Source: Pseudomonadota bacterium (GTDB taxonomy: Bacteria > Pseudomonadota > Alphaproteobacteria > MPNO01 > UBA2964). From it: a stretch of 64,000 nt of DNA. Shown here piece after piece: positions 30,416 to 39,547 of this stretch. The notes below the pieces were generated by a model that worked only from the letters and a program-made list of their open reading frames with translations, made no database searches and was not told the DNA's origin. The position numbers were made by a program, and so were the translations under genes. Numbering within the stretch: position 1 is the first letter of the stretch; the number at the start of each line of letters is the position of its first letter. Where the stretch lies: positions 11,206 to 75,205 of the forward strand of contig JAYZBC010000066.1 of the NCBI GenBank assembly GCA_036339375.1. Reading direction: 5' to 3'.

Positions 30416-31387
30416 TCAGCTACAAATTTCTTTTACTGCCTCAACTATCCTATTAGTGTTTGGGCCTAAAAAGGCTTCCATTTCAGTGTTCGCAGGGACA
30501 TGCACCGGCAAGCGATTAACGCGACGCGGTGGTGCTTTTAGAACATCCATCGCTTTTTCTACGACAACGGAGATTACCTCAGATGCAAGGGAGCAACGTG
30601 GTGGGCATTCATCTACTACCAAAAGTTTTTGCGTCTTGTGAACAGAATTTAAAATGGTTTTTTCATCAAGAGGTACCAAAGAGCGCAGGTCTACAATTTC
30701 TATTTCCAATCCTTCAGCTGCCAAAATTTCTGCTGCTTCCAAGGAGTGAATTACCTGCAATGAGGCTGCAACTATTGTGACATCGGTACCTCCACGCTTG
30801 ACATCTGCCTTCCCAAAGGGAACGTCATACGGTTCATCAGGTACCTCTCCTTTGAGACTATTGAGTTTTTGATGGTCAATAAAAACCGTAGGGTTGTCAC
30901 TTTTTATTGCCGTCCTCATAAGTCCTTTTGCATCAGACGGGCAAGATGGCAAAGCAATTTCTATACCAGGCGAATTCCAGAGCATGGCCTGTGGGCTTTG
31001 ACTGTGTTGTACCGAACCCCCGCCCCTTAAACCATGAACTACGTGAAAAACAGCTGGTACCTTGACTTTACCATTCGACATGTAATGTGCTGCCCCAGCT
31101 TCGTGAATTATTTGATCCCATGCTCGAAACATAAAACTTGCGGTGCCCATTGGGAAAATTGTGCGAATTCCGTCCATAGCGGCACCCGTAGCCATAGCGC
31201 AAATAGCTGCCTCAGATATCGGAGGATGAAAAATTCTTTCTGGAAACTTTTCCTGAATTCGCAGTGCATGTTCATTCTGATTCCCAAGGCCGACCAGAGA
31301 ACCCCAGACTAAGGCAATGTTATCATCTTCGGTCATGCACTCGAAAATTGCCTCAACTATTGCTTCCGCGTGCGTGATGCTATGCAT
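30416..31387 (-). CDS. ThDP-dependent 2-oxoacid/acetoin dehydrogenase E1 beta-like subunit (divergent)
   Basis: PISE, QHSQ, DAKGLMRTAI and DLRSLVPLD present; the usual N-terminal GEDV motif is absent. Confidence 0.85.
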   Translation of the reverse strand: MHSITHAEAIVEAIFECMTEDDNIALVWGSLVGLGNQNEHALRIQEKFPERIFHPPISEAAICAMATGAAMDGIRTIFPMGTASFMFRAWDQIIHEAGAAHYMSNGKVKVPAVFHVVHGLRGGGSVQHSQSPQAMLWNSPGIEIALPSCPSDAKGLMRTAIKSDNPTVFIDHQKLNSLKGEVPDEPYDVPFGKADVKRGGTDVTIVAASLQVIHSLEAAEILAAEGLEIEIVDLRSLVPLDEKTILNSVHKTQKLLVVDECPPRCSLASEVISVVVEKAMDVLKAPPRRVNRLPVHVPANTEMEAFLGPNTNRIVEAVKEICS

Positions 31388-32411
31388 TTTCTTTTTCCCC
31401 CGCTAATACGTATTCGTTAATCTTTTCCGTTTTAGGTAGTGGTGATCCCAATGCGAACTCACGAGCCTTTTGGATAGTATTAGTGGCCTCACGATCAATT
31501 TTTAAAATTTCATCTTGCGTAATAATTCCATTGGCCAATAAAACACGCCCAAGCCGAAAGATTGGGTCGTGCGTCCGAAACCAATCTATATAATCACCCT
31601 CAATGTGAGAGTTATCCCAAATCATGGCAAGCTCCGTAGGCCCTGTAACTAGAGATGGAAATGAATAATAGTTACCCGGCCAACGCTCACTCAATGCTTC
31701 AATAAAAATCGGTTCGCTATTCGCTCGAACGCGGTTAATACAATCCCGAAATAGCAAATCCACAGCCTCTGCATCACCACCATCTACTTCGTAGGCCTCC
31801 ATCCCTAGTGCAGCGGGGGTATCTAAAACCCTACCCGCGGGCATGTTAGAACTGTTAGTACCACCGGCCGCTTTCAGGACTGCTCCGGGAGTGTTATTTT
31901 CGCAAACAAAAATAACGGGAAGATGCCATAAACGAGCGAGGTTAAGTGTCTCAAAAACCAAGCCTTCTTCAAAACAACCATCACCGAACATCGCAACGCC
32001 TATTCCCCCAGTTTTTTTAAGCTTCGCGGCCAATGCACCCCCAGCTGCCAATGGCACTGCACCCCCAACAAGGGCTGAAGTATGGGGCATACCCAAATCT
32101 GGGTTAGCAAGATGAAAGGTTCCTCCCCGCCCTCCATTCAACCCGGTCGACCGACCAAGAATTTCTGCCATTGCTGAGGATGGATCCGCACCCCGGGCAA
32201 TCAAATGTCCGTGATTCCGGTGCGTTGAGAAAATTCGATCTTCGGGAACAAGAGATGCCATCACCGCCGTACCTGTTGCTTCCTGTCCTATATAGAGATG
32301 GTAATGCCCAGAAAATTCACCCGCATCGTGAAGTCTTATGACTTCTTCTTCAAAGCGCCTAATTTCAATCATGTTTTGAAAAATATCGAGAAAATGTTTC
32401 CCATTATCCAT
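31380..32411 (-). CDS. ThDP-dependent dehydrogenase E1 alpha-like subunit (divergent)
   Basis: HLYIGQEA, STHRNHGH and GDG...ENN ThDP motif; the R..GH loop reads RWPGN. Confidence 0.85.
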   Translation of the reverse strand: MDNGKHFLDIFQNMIEIRRFEEEVIRLHDAGEFSGHYHLYIGQEATGTAVMASLVPEDRIFSTHRNHGHLIARGADPSSAMAEILGRSTGLNGGRGGTFHLANPDLGMPHTSALVGGAVPLAAGGALAAKLKKTGGIGVAMFGDGCFEEGLVFETLNLARLWHLPVIFVCENNTPGAVLKAAGGTNSSNMPAGRVLDTPAALGMEAYEVDGGDAEAVDLLFRDCINRVRANSEPIFIEALSERWPGNYYSFPSLVTGPTELAMIWDNSHIEGDYIDWFRTHDPIFRLGRVLLANGIITQDEILKIDREATNTIQKAREFALGSPLPKTEKINEYVLAGEKENA

Positions 32412-32429
32412 AAGAAACCTCCTTGAAAA

Positions 32430-33857
32430 TTAAACAGAAAACCCACCGACTTTAGTTTCCAAATATTCTGTTAACCCCTCAAAGCCCCCTTCTCTACCAA
32501 GACCAGATTCCTTCATACCGCCAAAAGGAACCGCTGCAGCGGTTGGATTGATATCATTTATACCGACTATACCAAAATTTAACCCTTCAAATGTCCGCAT
32601 CGCAGCCGATAAATTTTGTGTGTAAACATAGGCGGCAAGACCGTAGTGGGTGTCGTTAGCCATTGCTAAAATGTCATCACCATCTTTAAACGTTATTATT
32701 GGTGCTACAGGCCCAAATGTTTCCTCTCTATAAACTAACATATTCTGTTTCACGTTCCCAAGAACGGTAGGCGCATAAAAATATCCTTTGTCCAAGTCAT
32801 TATTCTTCAGTCGGTATCCACCACATAACACTTCAGCACCTTTTGCTATGGCATCTTTTACCTGTCTGTCCACTTTTTCGATCGCTGTTTCATTAACAAG
32901 AGGACCAATTTTAACATTCTCGTTCATACCGTTACCCGCATGCATACGTTCAACGCGGGATACAAATTCATTTGTGAAAGCCTCAAGACCGGATTCGTGA
33001 ACAAACAAACGGTTAGGGCTAATACAGGCTTGTCCTGTATTCAAAAATTTTACTAAAATAGCGCCCTTGGCAGCAAAAACCGGATCTGCATCCTTTAGGA
33101 CTAAAAAGGGTGCATGACCGCCAAGTTCCAGAGAAACCCGCTTCATTTGTTCGGATGCATTTCGCAACAATAATTTTCCGGTTTCTGTTGACCCGGTAAA
33201 TGTAATTTTTTTTACCAAAGGGTTGGTCGTAAATTCATTACCTATTGGTTTAGGGTTTAACCCTGTCACCAGATTAACTACACCCTTAGGAACACCGGCT
33301 TCCTCAAGTATTTTAAAAATCTCTATAGCACAAAGGGGGGTGGCCTCTGCCGGCTTCAATACTATTGTGCAACCAGCTGCGAGTGCCGGTGCAATTTTTC
33401 GTGTAACCATCGATGCCGGATAATTCCACGGTGTAATTGCGGCCACTACGCCCACCGGCTGGTGCAGAACCATAAAACGTTGATCTGCTCGGGGTGCGGG
33501 TATGGTTTTCCCAAAGACCCGTTTCGCTTCTTCGGCATACCATAAAAAGAAGTCCGCGCCGTACCTTACTTCGTTCATGGCAGCACGCAGGGGTTTGCCT
33601 TGTTCTTCTGTCATGGTTCGGGCAATTTCCTCACGCCGTTTATTCATTAACTCCCAGGCTTGGTATAATATCCGTGACCTCTCATACGCAGTTTGAGCGG
33701 ACCAGTCCCTAAAGGCATCATTTGCAGCAGCAATGGCACGCCTGGCTTCTTCCTTACCGCCATCAGCCACTTCAGTAATTCTTTCTCCCGTAGCCGGATT
33801 TATTACATCAAAATTTTTACCGCTGACCGCAGCGCACCACTCTCCATTAATGAACAA
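32430..33857 (-). CDS. gabD: NAD(P)-dependent succinate-semialdehyde dehydrogenase-like ALDH
   Basis: ITPWNYP, FTGST, LELGGHAP, GQACIS, EETFGP and PFGGMKESGLGREG motifs. Confidence 0.82.
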   Translation of the reverse strand: MFINGEWCAAVSGKNFDVINPATGERITEVADGGKEEARRAIAAANDAFRDWSAQTAYERSRILYQAWELMNKRREEIARTMTEEQGKPLRAAMNEVRYGADFFLWYAEEAKRVFGKTIPAPRADQRFMVLHQPVGVVAAITPWNYPASMVTRKIAPALAAGCTIVLKPAEATPLCAIEIFKILEEAGVPKGVVNLVTGLNPKPIGNEFTTNPLVKKITFTGSTETGKLLLRNASEQMKRVSLELGGHAPFLVLKDADPVFAAKGAILVKFLNTGQACISPNRLFVHESGLEAFTNEFVSRVERMHAGNGMNENVKIGPLVNETAIEKVDRQVKDAIAKGAEVLCGGYRLKNNDLDKGYFYAPTVLGNVKQNMLVYREETFGPVAPIITFKDGDDILAMANDTHYGLAAYVYTQNLSAAMRTFEGLNFGIVGINDINPTAAAVPFGGMKESGLGREGGFEGLTEYLETKVGGFSV

Positions 33858-33988
33858 CGTCTTTTCCCCTTCTTTTGACTATTTAATACCACCGACTAAC
33901 TTCTATCGAAAGGTAGCTATAACCCTTTCTTATTGTGCATAACCCCAGTAAATTTTCCCCTATCATTTGAATTTTGGAAAGGTTACCA

Positions 33989-34522
33989 ATGAGTTACACT
34001 TTTGAACAATTCTGCTCCGACTGCCGAGATGTTCTTACCTCCCAGCCAGGGCCCGACGGCCGAGAGAAGGTTCGATGCAAATTAGAGAATCTTTTGAAAG
34101 AACCAGATTTTTTAAAGGCAGAGTGTGGTTCCAAAGCGGAGCCAGGCATTCGAACAATCTACCGTGATAAAAAAACTGGTTTTAATGTTTTAATTCACGT
34201 TTATGACTCCGGAAAAAAGGGGCCGCCTCATGATCATGGAAAAAGTTGGGCGGTTTACGGACAAGCAGAGAAATGGACCGACATGACATTGTGGAAACGG
34301 AAAGACGACGGTTTAAAAGAGGGTTTCTCCGAGTTAAAGGAAGATCGTTCGTTTAGACTTAAAGCAGGTATGGCAGGCATCTTTGAAATTGGAGAAATTC
34401 ACTCAATACAATTTCCTGACGGTGCCCGTTTTGTCCGAGTTACGGGTACAGACTTAGACAAAATCCCCACAAAAAGGTATAATCTTGAGCAAAACACGGT
34501 TAATGTTGGAAGTAGGATATAA
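33989..34522 (+). CDS. cupin, cysteine-dioxygenase-like metal-binding protein
   Basis: PPHDHGKSWAVYG and later IHSI give a 3-His pattern; ATG at 33989. Confidence 0.7.
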   Translation: MSYTFEQFCSDCRDVLTSQPGPDGREKVRCKLENLLKEPDFLKAECGSKAEPGIRTIYRDKKTGFNVLIHVYDSGKKGPPHDHGKSWAVYGQAEKWTDMTLWKRKDDGLKEGFSELKEDRSFRLKAGMAGIFEIGEIHSIQFPDGARFVRVTGTDLDKIPTKRYNLEQNTVNVGSRI

Positions 34523-34536
34523 AGGAACTTTGTGGA

Positions 34537-35397
34537 ATGACGTCGACCATCGATATTGAACCTCTTTCGCCAGTTTTGGGGGCTTCCATTCGGGGAATAG
34601 ACCTGAAAAAGGCAATTGACGAGCAAACAAAGAAGGTCCTCAATAGTGCGTTTATAGAGTTTTCTTTCCTTTGTTTCCCTGATCAAACCTTAAATGCTGA
34701 AGATCAGTTGCGTTTTGCCAGTTTTTTCGGAAGAGGAGATGGTGGCGTTCGTATAACTCGAAGAGATAGTGGACAACGCCGTACCGGAAAACGCGGCGTG
34801 ATGTTTGTTAGCAATATTCGTAAAGATGGCAAACCTATCGGCGTATTACCTGACGGCGAAATGCAGTTCCATACTGATGGTGCACACCGAGAAAGCCCGT
34901 ATCGCGCAACAACTTTATATGCGATCAAAATTCCTTCCAAAGGTGGTGATACTTTATTTGCAAATCTTTACAAAGCATACGAGGCGCTTCCGGAAAAGAC
35001 TAAGAACCGTATTGAAAAATTGGTAACAACCTGTGTTTACGACTATGAGGCGCAAGACCGTAGCGAAACCGTAGCCGCTGATCCAATTTTACCCCGTGCC
35101 CAGCACCGACTGGTTAAAACTCACCCCGCTTCTGGCCGCAAAACTCTTTATCTCAGTCGTTTAATGACCCAAAAAATAAATGAGATTGAACCGGATGAGG
35201 GGGAAGAACTGCTAATGGCATTATTCGATCATGCTGAGCAGCCCGAGTTTATTTATGCACACAAATGGAACGTTAATGACCTTGTGATATGGGATAATCG
35301 ATGCCTCAACCACGCTCGGACTGATTTCCCAGCAAACGAAGAACGAATGTTGAGGCGGTATACGGTCTCCGAGCCAAATGCACCGGAAACCACTTAA
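34537..35397 (+). CDS. TauD/TfdA-family Fe(II)/2-oxoglutarate dioxygenase
   Basis: FHTD (HxD), GGDTLFA and WDNRCLNHAR motifs. Confidence 0.92.
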   Translation: MTSTIDIEPLSPVLGASIRGIDLKKAIDEQTKKVLNSAFIEFSFLCFPDQTLNAEDQLRFASFFGRGDGGVRITRRDSGQRRTGKRGVMFVSNIRKDGKPIGVLPDGEMQFHTDGAHRESPYRATTLYAIKIPSKGGDTLFANLYKAYEALPEKTKNRIEKLVTTCVYDYEAQDRSETVAADPILPRAQHRLVKTHPASGRKTLYLSRLMTQKINEIEPDEGEELLMALFDHAEQPEFIYAHKWNVNDLVIWDNRCLNHARTDFPANEERMLRRYTVSEPNAPETT

Positions 35398-36194
35398 AGA
35401 ATTCCCTGGTGTCGATTTAAAAAGTTTTTTAATTGATCGTTAAAATCCACAGGATTTTCTAAATTTGAAATGTGGCCCGCATTAGGTACAACCGCATGCT
35501 GTGCATTAGGAATTTTTCCTGCTGTCTGAGCAAGGATTTCAGGGGGGGCCCCCTTATCTTCCGCACCACCAAGTATGAGGGTTGGTATCCTTATTTCCTC
35601 CAACCTTGCCCCAAAAGAGAGTGTTTTGAGTGCCTCACAACAACCCGCATGACCGATTATATTGGTAGAACGTATCATTGAACGGACTTTCTCCAGAACG
35701 GGAATATTCGTAGAAACAGAGGCCTCGGTAAACCATCGCTGTATTGTAGGTTCTACCAAACCCTCCATACCTTGAGCAGCAGCCACATCGATACGGTGTT
35801 GAAAATAAGATTGATAATCAGGTGGCGCATCAGGACGGGAATCACATGCAATTAAACTCAACAGCCGATCACTATGTTCTTGTGCAAGTCCGTATCCCAT
35901 CATACCTCCAATCGACAGGCCACACCAATGGGTGCGTTCAACTCCCACATAGTCCAATAACGCTAAAGCATCTTCTATAATCATAGGGAAACTATAGGGA
36001 CCCGAAGGCGTTGAAGACTGACCGAGACCGCGGTGGTCATAACGTAAAATTTGGAAATCGTGTTTTAAAAGCTCTACTTGGTCGTCCCACAATGTCAAAT
36101 TATTACAAAGGGCATGTGCGAATGTTATCCAGGGCTTACCCTGAGTGCCCGTTACCTCGAAATTTATCGTAATACCATTGATCTTTGTTTTCAC
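35394..36194 (-). CDS. pcaD: 3-oxoadipate enol-lactonase-like alpha/beta hydrolase
   Basis: LRYDHRGLG, GLSIGGM nucleophile, RWFT and GHISNLE motifs. Confidence 0.72.
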   Translation of the reverse strand: MKTKINGITINFEVTGTQGKPWITFAHALCNNLTLWDDQVELLKHDFQILRYDHRGLGQSSTPSGPYSFPMIIEDALALLDYVGVERTHWCGLSIGGMMGYGLAQEHSDRLLSLIACDSRPDAPPDYQSYFQHRIDVAAAQGMEGLVEPTIQRWFTEASVSTNIPVLEKVRSMIRSTNIIGHAGCCEALKTLSFGARLEEIRIPTLILGGAEDKGAPPEILAQTAGKIPNAQHAVVPNAGHISNLENPVDFNDQLKNFLNRHQGIL

Positions 36195-36316
36195 CTGAAA
36201 CCTCTATATTTTTCGTTCCACATACGTGACGATTCCTAATATGTCCACCCATGGTTCTTGCTTTTAATCGTACTCTCCCTTAGACAAATATCTTAAAAAA
36301 AAAATATGAGGAAAAA

Positions 36317-37897
36317 ATGAGCACGGCACGAAAATTCGCAGCCCCCGGGGCACCGACTGATAAGGTCCGCGACCTTCGGGGTACTTTGGAATGGCTGGAA
36401 GCAGAGGGTGATTTGGCAATCACGGATAAGGAAGTAAACCCTGATCTTGAAATTATCGCCCTCCAAAAAAAATTTGATGGCGGTTGCCCAATGCTTTTTA
36501 ATAATGTCAAAGACAAGCCTAATAATCGTGTTGTTACCAACCTGCTCAGCGACCAAAACGTTATTAACAAAATGTTTGGATGGCCAAGTAACTCAATACG
36601 AACGCGCATGACGGCTGATGCCTTACGGCACCCCTTACCACCTGTTTTAATAAATTCTGATCAAGCCCCAGTTCAGGAAGTAGTCATAGAAAACCCCAAA
36701 GACGTGAACGATTACATTGTACCGGTCCGCCATACCGAGTTTGAACCTGAACTGACGGTAGGGTCGGGTATTCGGTGTGTCTCTGGTAAATATTTCGAAA
36801 ACGGTACAGACCTGGGATATAACCGAATGAATTTTCGTTGGGGAAATGTTGGCACCTTTCAAATCTCACCAGGATCTCACATGTGGCAAGTGGTAAGCCG
36901 CTATTACAAGGAAGAAAAACCCATCCCCATTACCATATGTTTTGGTGTACCTCCAGCTTGTACAATGATGGCAGGCGCAGGGTTTGATTATGTAATTCTT
37001 CCATCCGGATGTGACGAAATAGGGGTCGCGGGTGCTTTACAAGGAGCCCCAATTCGTTTGGTAAAAGCGCGTACTGTTGACGCTTTAACTCTAGCTGATG
37101 CGGAAGTCGTTTTAGAAGGATATGTGAATCCTCGGGATCGGAGATTTGAAACAGCGGAATCTGAAGAATCTGGATTACAAGGTCGTCATCATTTTCATCC
37201 TGAGTGGTCAGGCTACATGGGAAAGGCCTATAAAGCCCCAACTTTTCATTGTACAGCTGTTACCACTCGAGATCCTAAGACGAAACCCATTATTTTTGCA
37301 CTTGGTGTCCATACAATGGATGAACATAATATTGACACCACAGTCCGCGAGGCTGCAATTTTCGAGTTATGTGAACGTATGCAGCCAGGGATTGTGCAGG
37401 ATGTTAATATACCCTATTGCATGACGGATTGGGGCGGCGCCATTATCCAGGTAAAAAAACAAAATAAAATAGAAGAAGGTTGGCAGCGTAACTTTCTCTC
37501 TGCAATTCTATCCACCTCCCAGGGAGCACGATTGGCTATTGCCTGCTCCGAAGACACAGATATTTATGACATGGATGAGGTCATGTGGTGCCTAACAACC
37601 CGAGTTAATCCCCACACCGACATCCTAAACCCCCTTCCCGGAGGTCGCGGGCAAACTTTTATGCCAGCTGAACGAATGACAGCGGGAGACCGAGAATGGA
37701 CAGCCTCAAACACTCGTTTTGAAGGGGGTATGGGTATTGATACAACAGTACCCTATGGTTATGAGGAAGATTTCTTGCGTCCGCAATATCCCGTTGACAA
37801 GGTAAATCCTGAAAACTGGTTTGGCAAAACAGATATAAAAAATATGCAATCGCGCATGCATGGTTGGATGCATTCTTTGGCAAAGCATGGACGCTAA
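36317..37897 (+). CDS. UbiD-family prFMN decarboxylase of the phthaloyl-CoA decarboxylase clade
   Basis: Long stretches recalled from phthaloyl-CoA decarboxylases: GYNRMNFRWGNVGTFQISPGSHMWQV, FHPEW.GYMGKAYKAPTFH, IPYCMTDWGG, LPGGRGQTFMPAERMT and C-terminal W..SLA..GR. Confidence 0.85.
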   Translation: MSTARKFAAPGAPTDKVRDLRGTLEWLEAEGDLAITDKEVNPDLEIIALQKKFDGGCPMLFNNVKDKPNNRVVTNLLSDQNVINKMFGWPSNSIRTRMTADALRHPLPPVLINSDQAPVQEVVIENPKDVNDYIVPVRHTEFEPELTVGSGIRCVSGKYFENGTDLGYNRMNFRWGNVGTFQISPGSHMWQVVSRYYKEEKPIPITICFGVPPACTMMAGAGFDYVILPSGCDEIGVAGALQGAPIRLVKARTVDALTLADAEVVLEGYVNPRDRRFETAESEESGLQGRHHFHPEWSGYMGKAYKAPTFHCTAVTTRDPKTKPIIFALGVHTMDEHNIDTTVREAAIFELCERMQPGIVQDVNIPYCMTDWGGAIIQVKKQNKIEEGWQRNFLSAILSTSQGARLAIACSEDTDIYDMDEVMWCLTTRVNPHTDILNPLPGGRGQTFMPAERMTAGDREWTASNTRFEGGMGIDTTVPYGYEEDFLRPQYPVDKVNPENWFGKTDIKNMQSRMHGWMHSLAKHGR

Positions 37898-38024
37898 GAA
37901 TTTTTGGACTTTTGTTGCGCGTTTTGTTTTCAAATAAACAGGCTGTGAACAACCCTTTAACTTTTTGGTTTTGAAAATTAAAGCTAATTATTTTCTGCAG
38001 AATGCATTAAACTCGGTAAAAGAT

Positions 38025-39512
38025 ATGGGCAGCGGATTAATTGATCAACACGATCTTTGGACGGATGACCAAAAGAAGAGTGCTGAAGAAGTTATCAGCC
38101 GTCTAAACTCCGAAGGGATCCGTTTAGTACGAATGGCCTGGGGTGATACCCATGGCTGTTCACGTGTTAAGGAAGTCTCTATCCCCGTCTTTTTGAATTC
38201 ATTAAAAAATGGATACAACATTAACGTAGCCACCTACACGCTGGATGCGACAGGGGGACGTGTGTTTCGGTCGTTCGTTCCGGGCGGCGGCATGGACCTT
38301 AAAAAAATGACGGGTTCACCAAACTTAATTATCGTCCCGGATCCAAAAACTTTTCAAATTTTGCATTGGGCTCCTGGGATCGCCTGGGTTTTGTGCAATG
38401 AATATTTCGACGATTTTACACCTTTCCATTTTTCCTCCCGATTGTTGCTCCAAAATCAGGTAAATAGACTCAAAAATATTGGTATGGAAATGCGGGTCGG
38501 ACTCGAAGTAGAGTGGTACCTTAGGCGAATAGAACAGGACCACTTCGCACCTGAAAATACGGGCGTTCCTGGCAGAAGAGGTCAGCCCATTAAAACCCTG
38601 CCTGTAGAACCCGGCTATCTTTATCACTCTGAATCCAATTTCGATATTATGCAGCCAATACTAAGTGAGTTGGCTGAAGCTTATATGGCTCTCAAGTTGC
38701 CGCTTCGTTCTATAGAAAACGAATATGGACCAGGACAAATTGAATGCACATTTGAACCGCAGACAGCGTTGAGAGCAGCAGATGATTACCTTTTGTTTAG
38801 AACCGTCACGAAGCAAATTTGTCGACGGAGTGGCTATTTTGCAACCTTTATGTGCAAACCAGCCTTTGAAGGTTTTTACACGAGTGGCTGGCATTTACAT
38901 CAATCCCTCATTGACAAAACAAATAGCCAAAACCTTTTTATGCCTGAAAGTAATTCACAAACGCTTTCGAATTTGGGTAGTAATTTTATGGCCGGACTTC
39001 TTGAAAACGCTCAAGCTTCTACAGTATTTGCATCCCCTACCGTTAATGGTTACCACCGATTTCATCCGAACTCACTGGCACCAGACCGAGCGACTTGGAG
39101 CCACGATCACCGTGGTGTAATGGTAAGGGTCTTGGGCGGCTTCCAAGATACATCAACAAGGCTTGAAAATAGAATAGGCGAGCCCGCAGCAAATCCCTAC
39201 CTGTTTATTGCATCCCAAATAATTGCGGGGATTGACGGGATCGAAAGAAAAGCAATACCTTGGTCTGCTGACGATGACCCATACAATGCAGAGCGCCCAA
39301 AATTTCCAAGAACTCTTTCTGAAGCCTTAACAGCCTTGGAGGGTAGTCAACTTTTTCGAGACACTTTCGGAGATATTTTTATAAGATATTTTTTAGCACT
39401 TAAACGCGCAGAATTGAGTCGATTTGAACAATTTATTGAGCACAATAGTACCCAAGCAGGAGAAAATGGTGTCTCACAGTGGGAACAAAACGAATATTTT
39501 GATTTCTTTTAA
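38025..39512 (+). CDS. glutamine-synthetase-like gamma-glutamyl-arylamine synthetase (AtdA1/TdnQ type)
   Basis: N-terminal LWTDDQKKSAEEVI...VRMAWGD resembles AtdA1/TdnQ; GS motifs GLEVEWY, EYGPGQIE, SGWHLHQS and RLENR; directly upstream of a Rieske pair. ATG at 38025. Confidence 0.82.
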   Translation: MGSGLIDQHDLWTDDQKKSAEEVISRLNSEGIRLVRMAWGDTHGCSRVKEVSIPVFLNSLKNGYNINVATYTLDATGGRVFRSFVPGGGMDLKKMTGSPNLIIVPDPKTFQILHWAPGIAWVLCNEYFDDFTPFHFSSRLLLQNQVNRLKNIGMEMRVGLEVEWYLRRIEQDHFAPENTGVPGRRGQPIKTLPVEPGYLYHSESNFDIMQPILSELAEAYMALKLPLRSIENEYGPGQIECTFEPQTALRAADDYLLFRTVTKQICRRSGYFATFMCKPAFEGFYTSGWHLHQSLIDKTNSQNLFMPESNSQTLSNLGSNFMAGLLENAQASTVFASPTVNGYHRFHPNSLAPDRATWSHDHRGVMVRVLGGFQDTSTRLENRIGEPAANPYLFIASQIIAGIDGIERKAIPWSADDDPYNAERPKFPRTLSEALTALEGSQLFRDTFGDIFIRYFLALKRAELSRFEQFIEHNSTQAGENGVSQWEQNEYFDFF

Positions 39513-39547
39513 GTTTATCTCAAAGAGGTTCCAGGGAAAGCTCTACC

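Noticed and set aside
36317-37897. Reading the UbiD as ubiquinone UbiD or as HmfF (furandicarboxylate decarboxylase) because hmfABC-like genes are nearby
   Set aside because: Its motifs match my recollection of the phthaloyl-CoA decarboxylase clade much better; a phylogeny is still needed to confirm.
38025-39512. Reading the GS-like gene as housekeeping glnA
   Set aside because: The N- and C-termini and the Rieske context fit AtdA1/TdnQ-type enzymes, and there is no glnB/ntr context.
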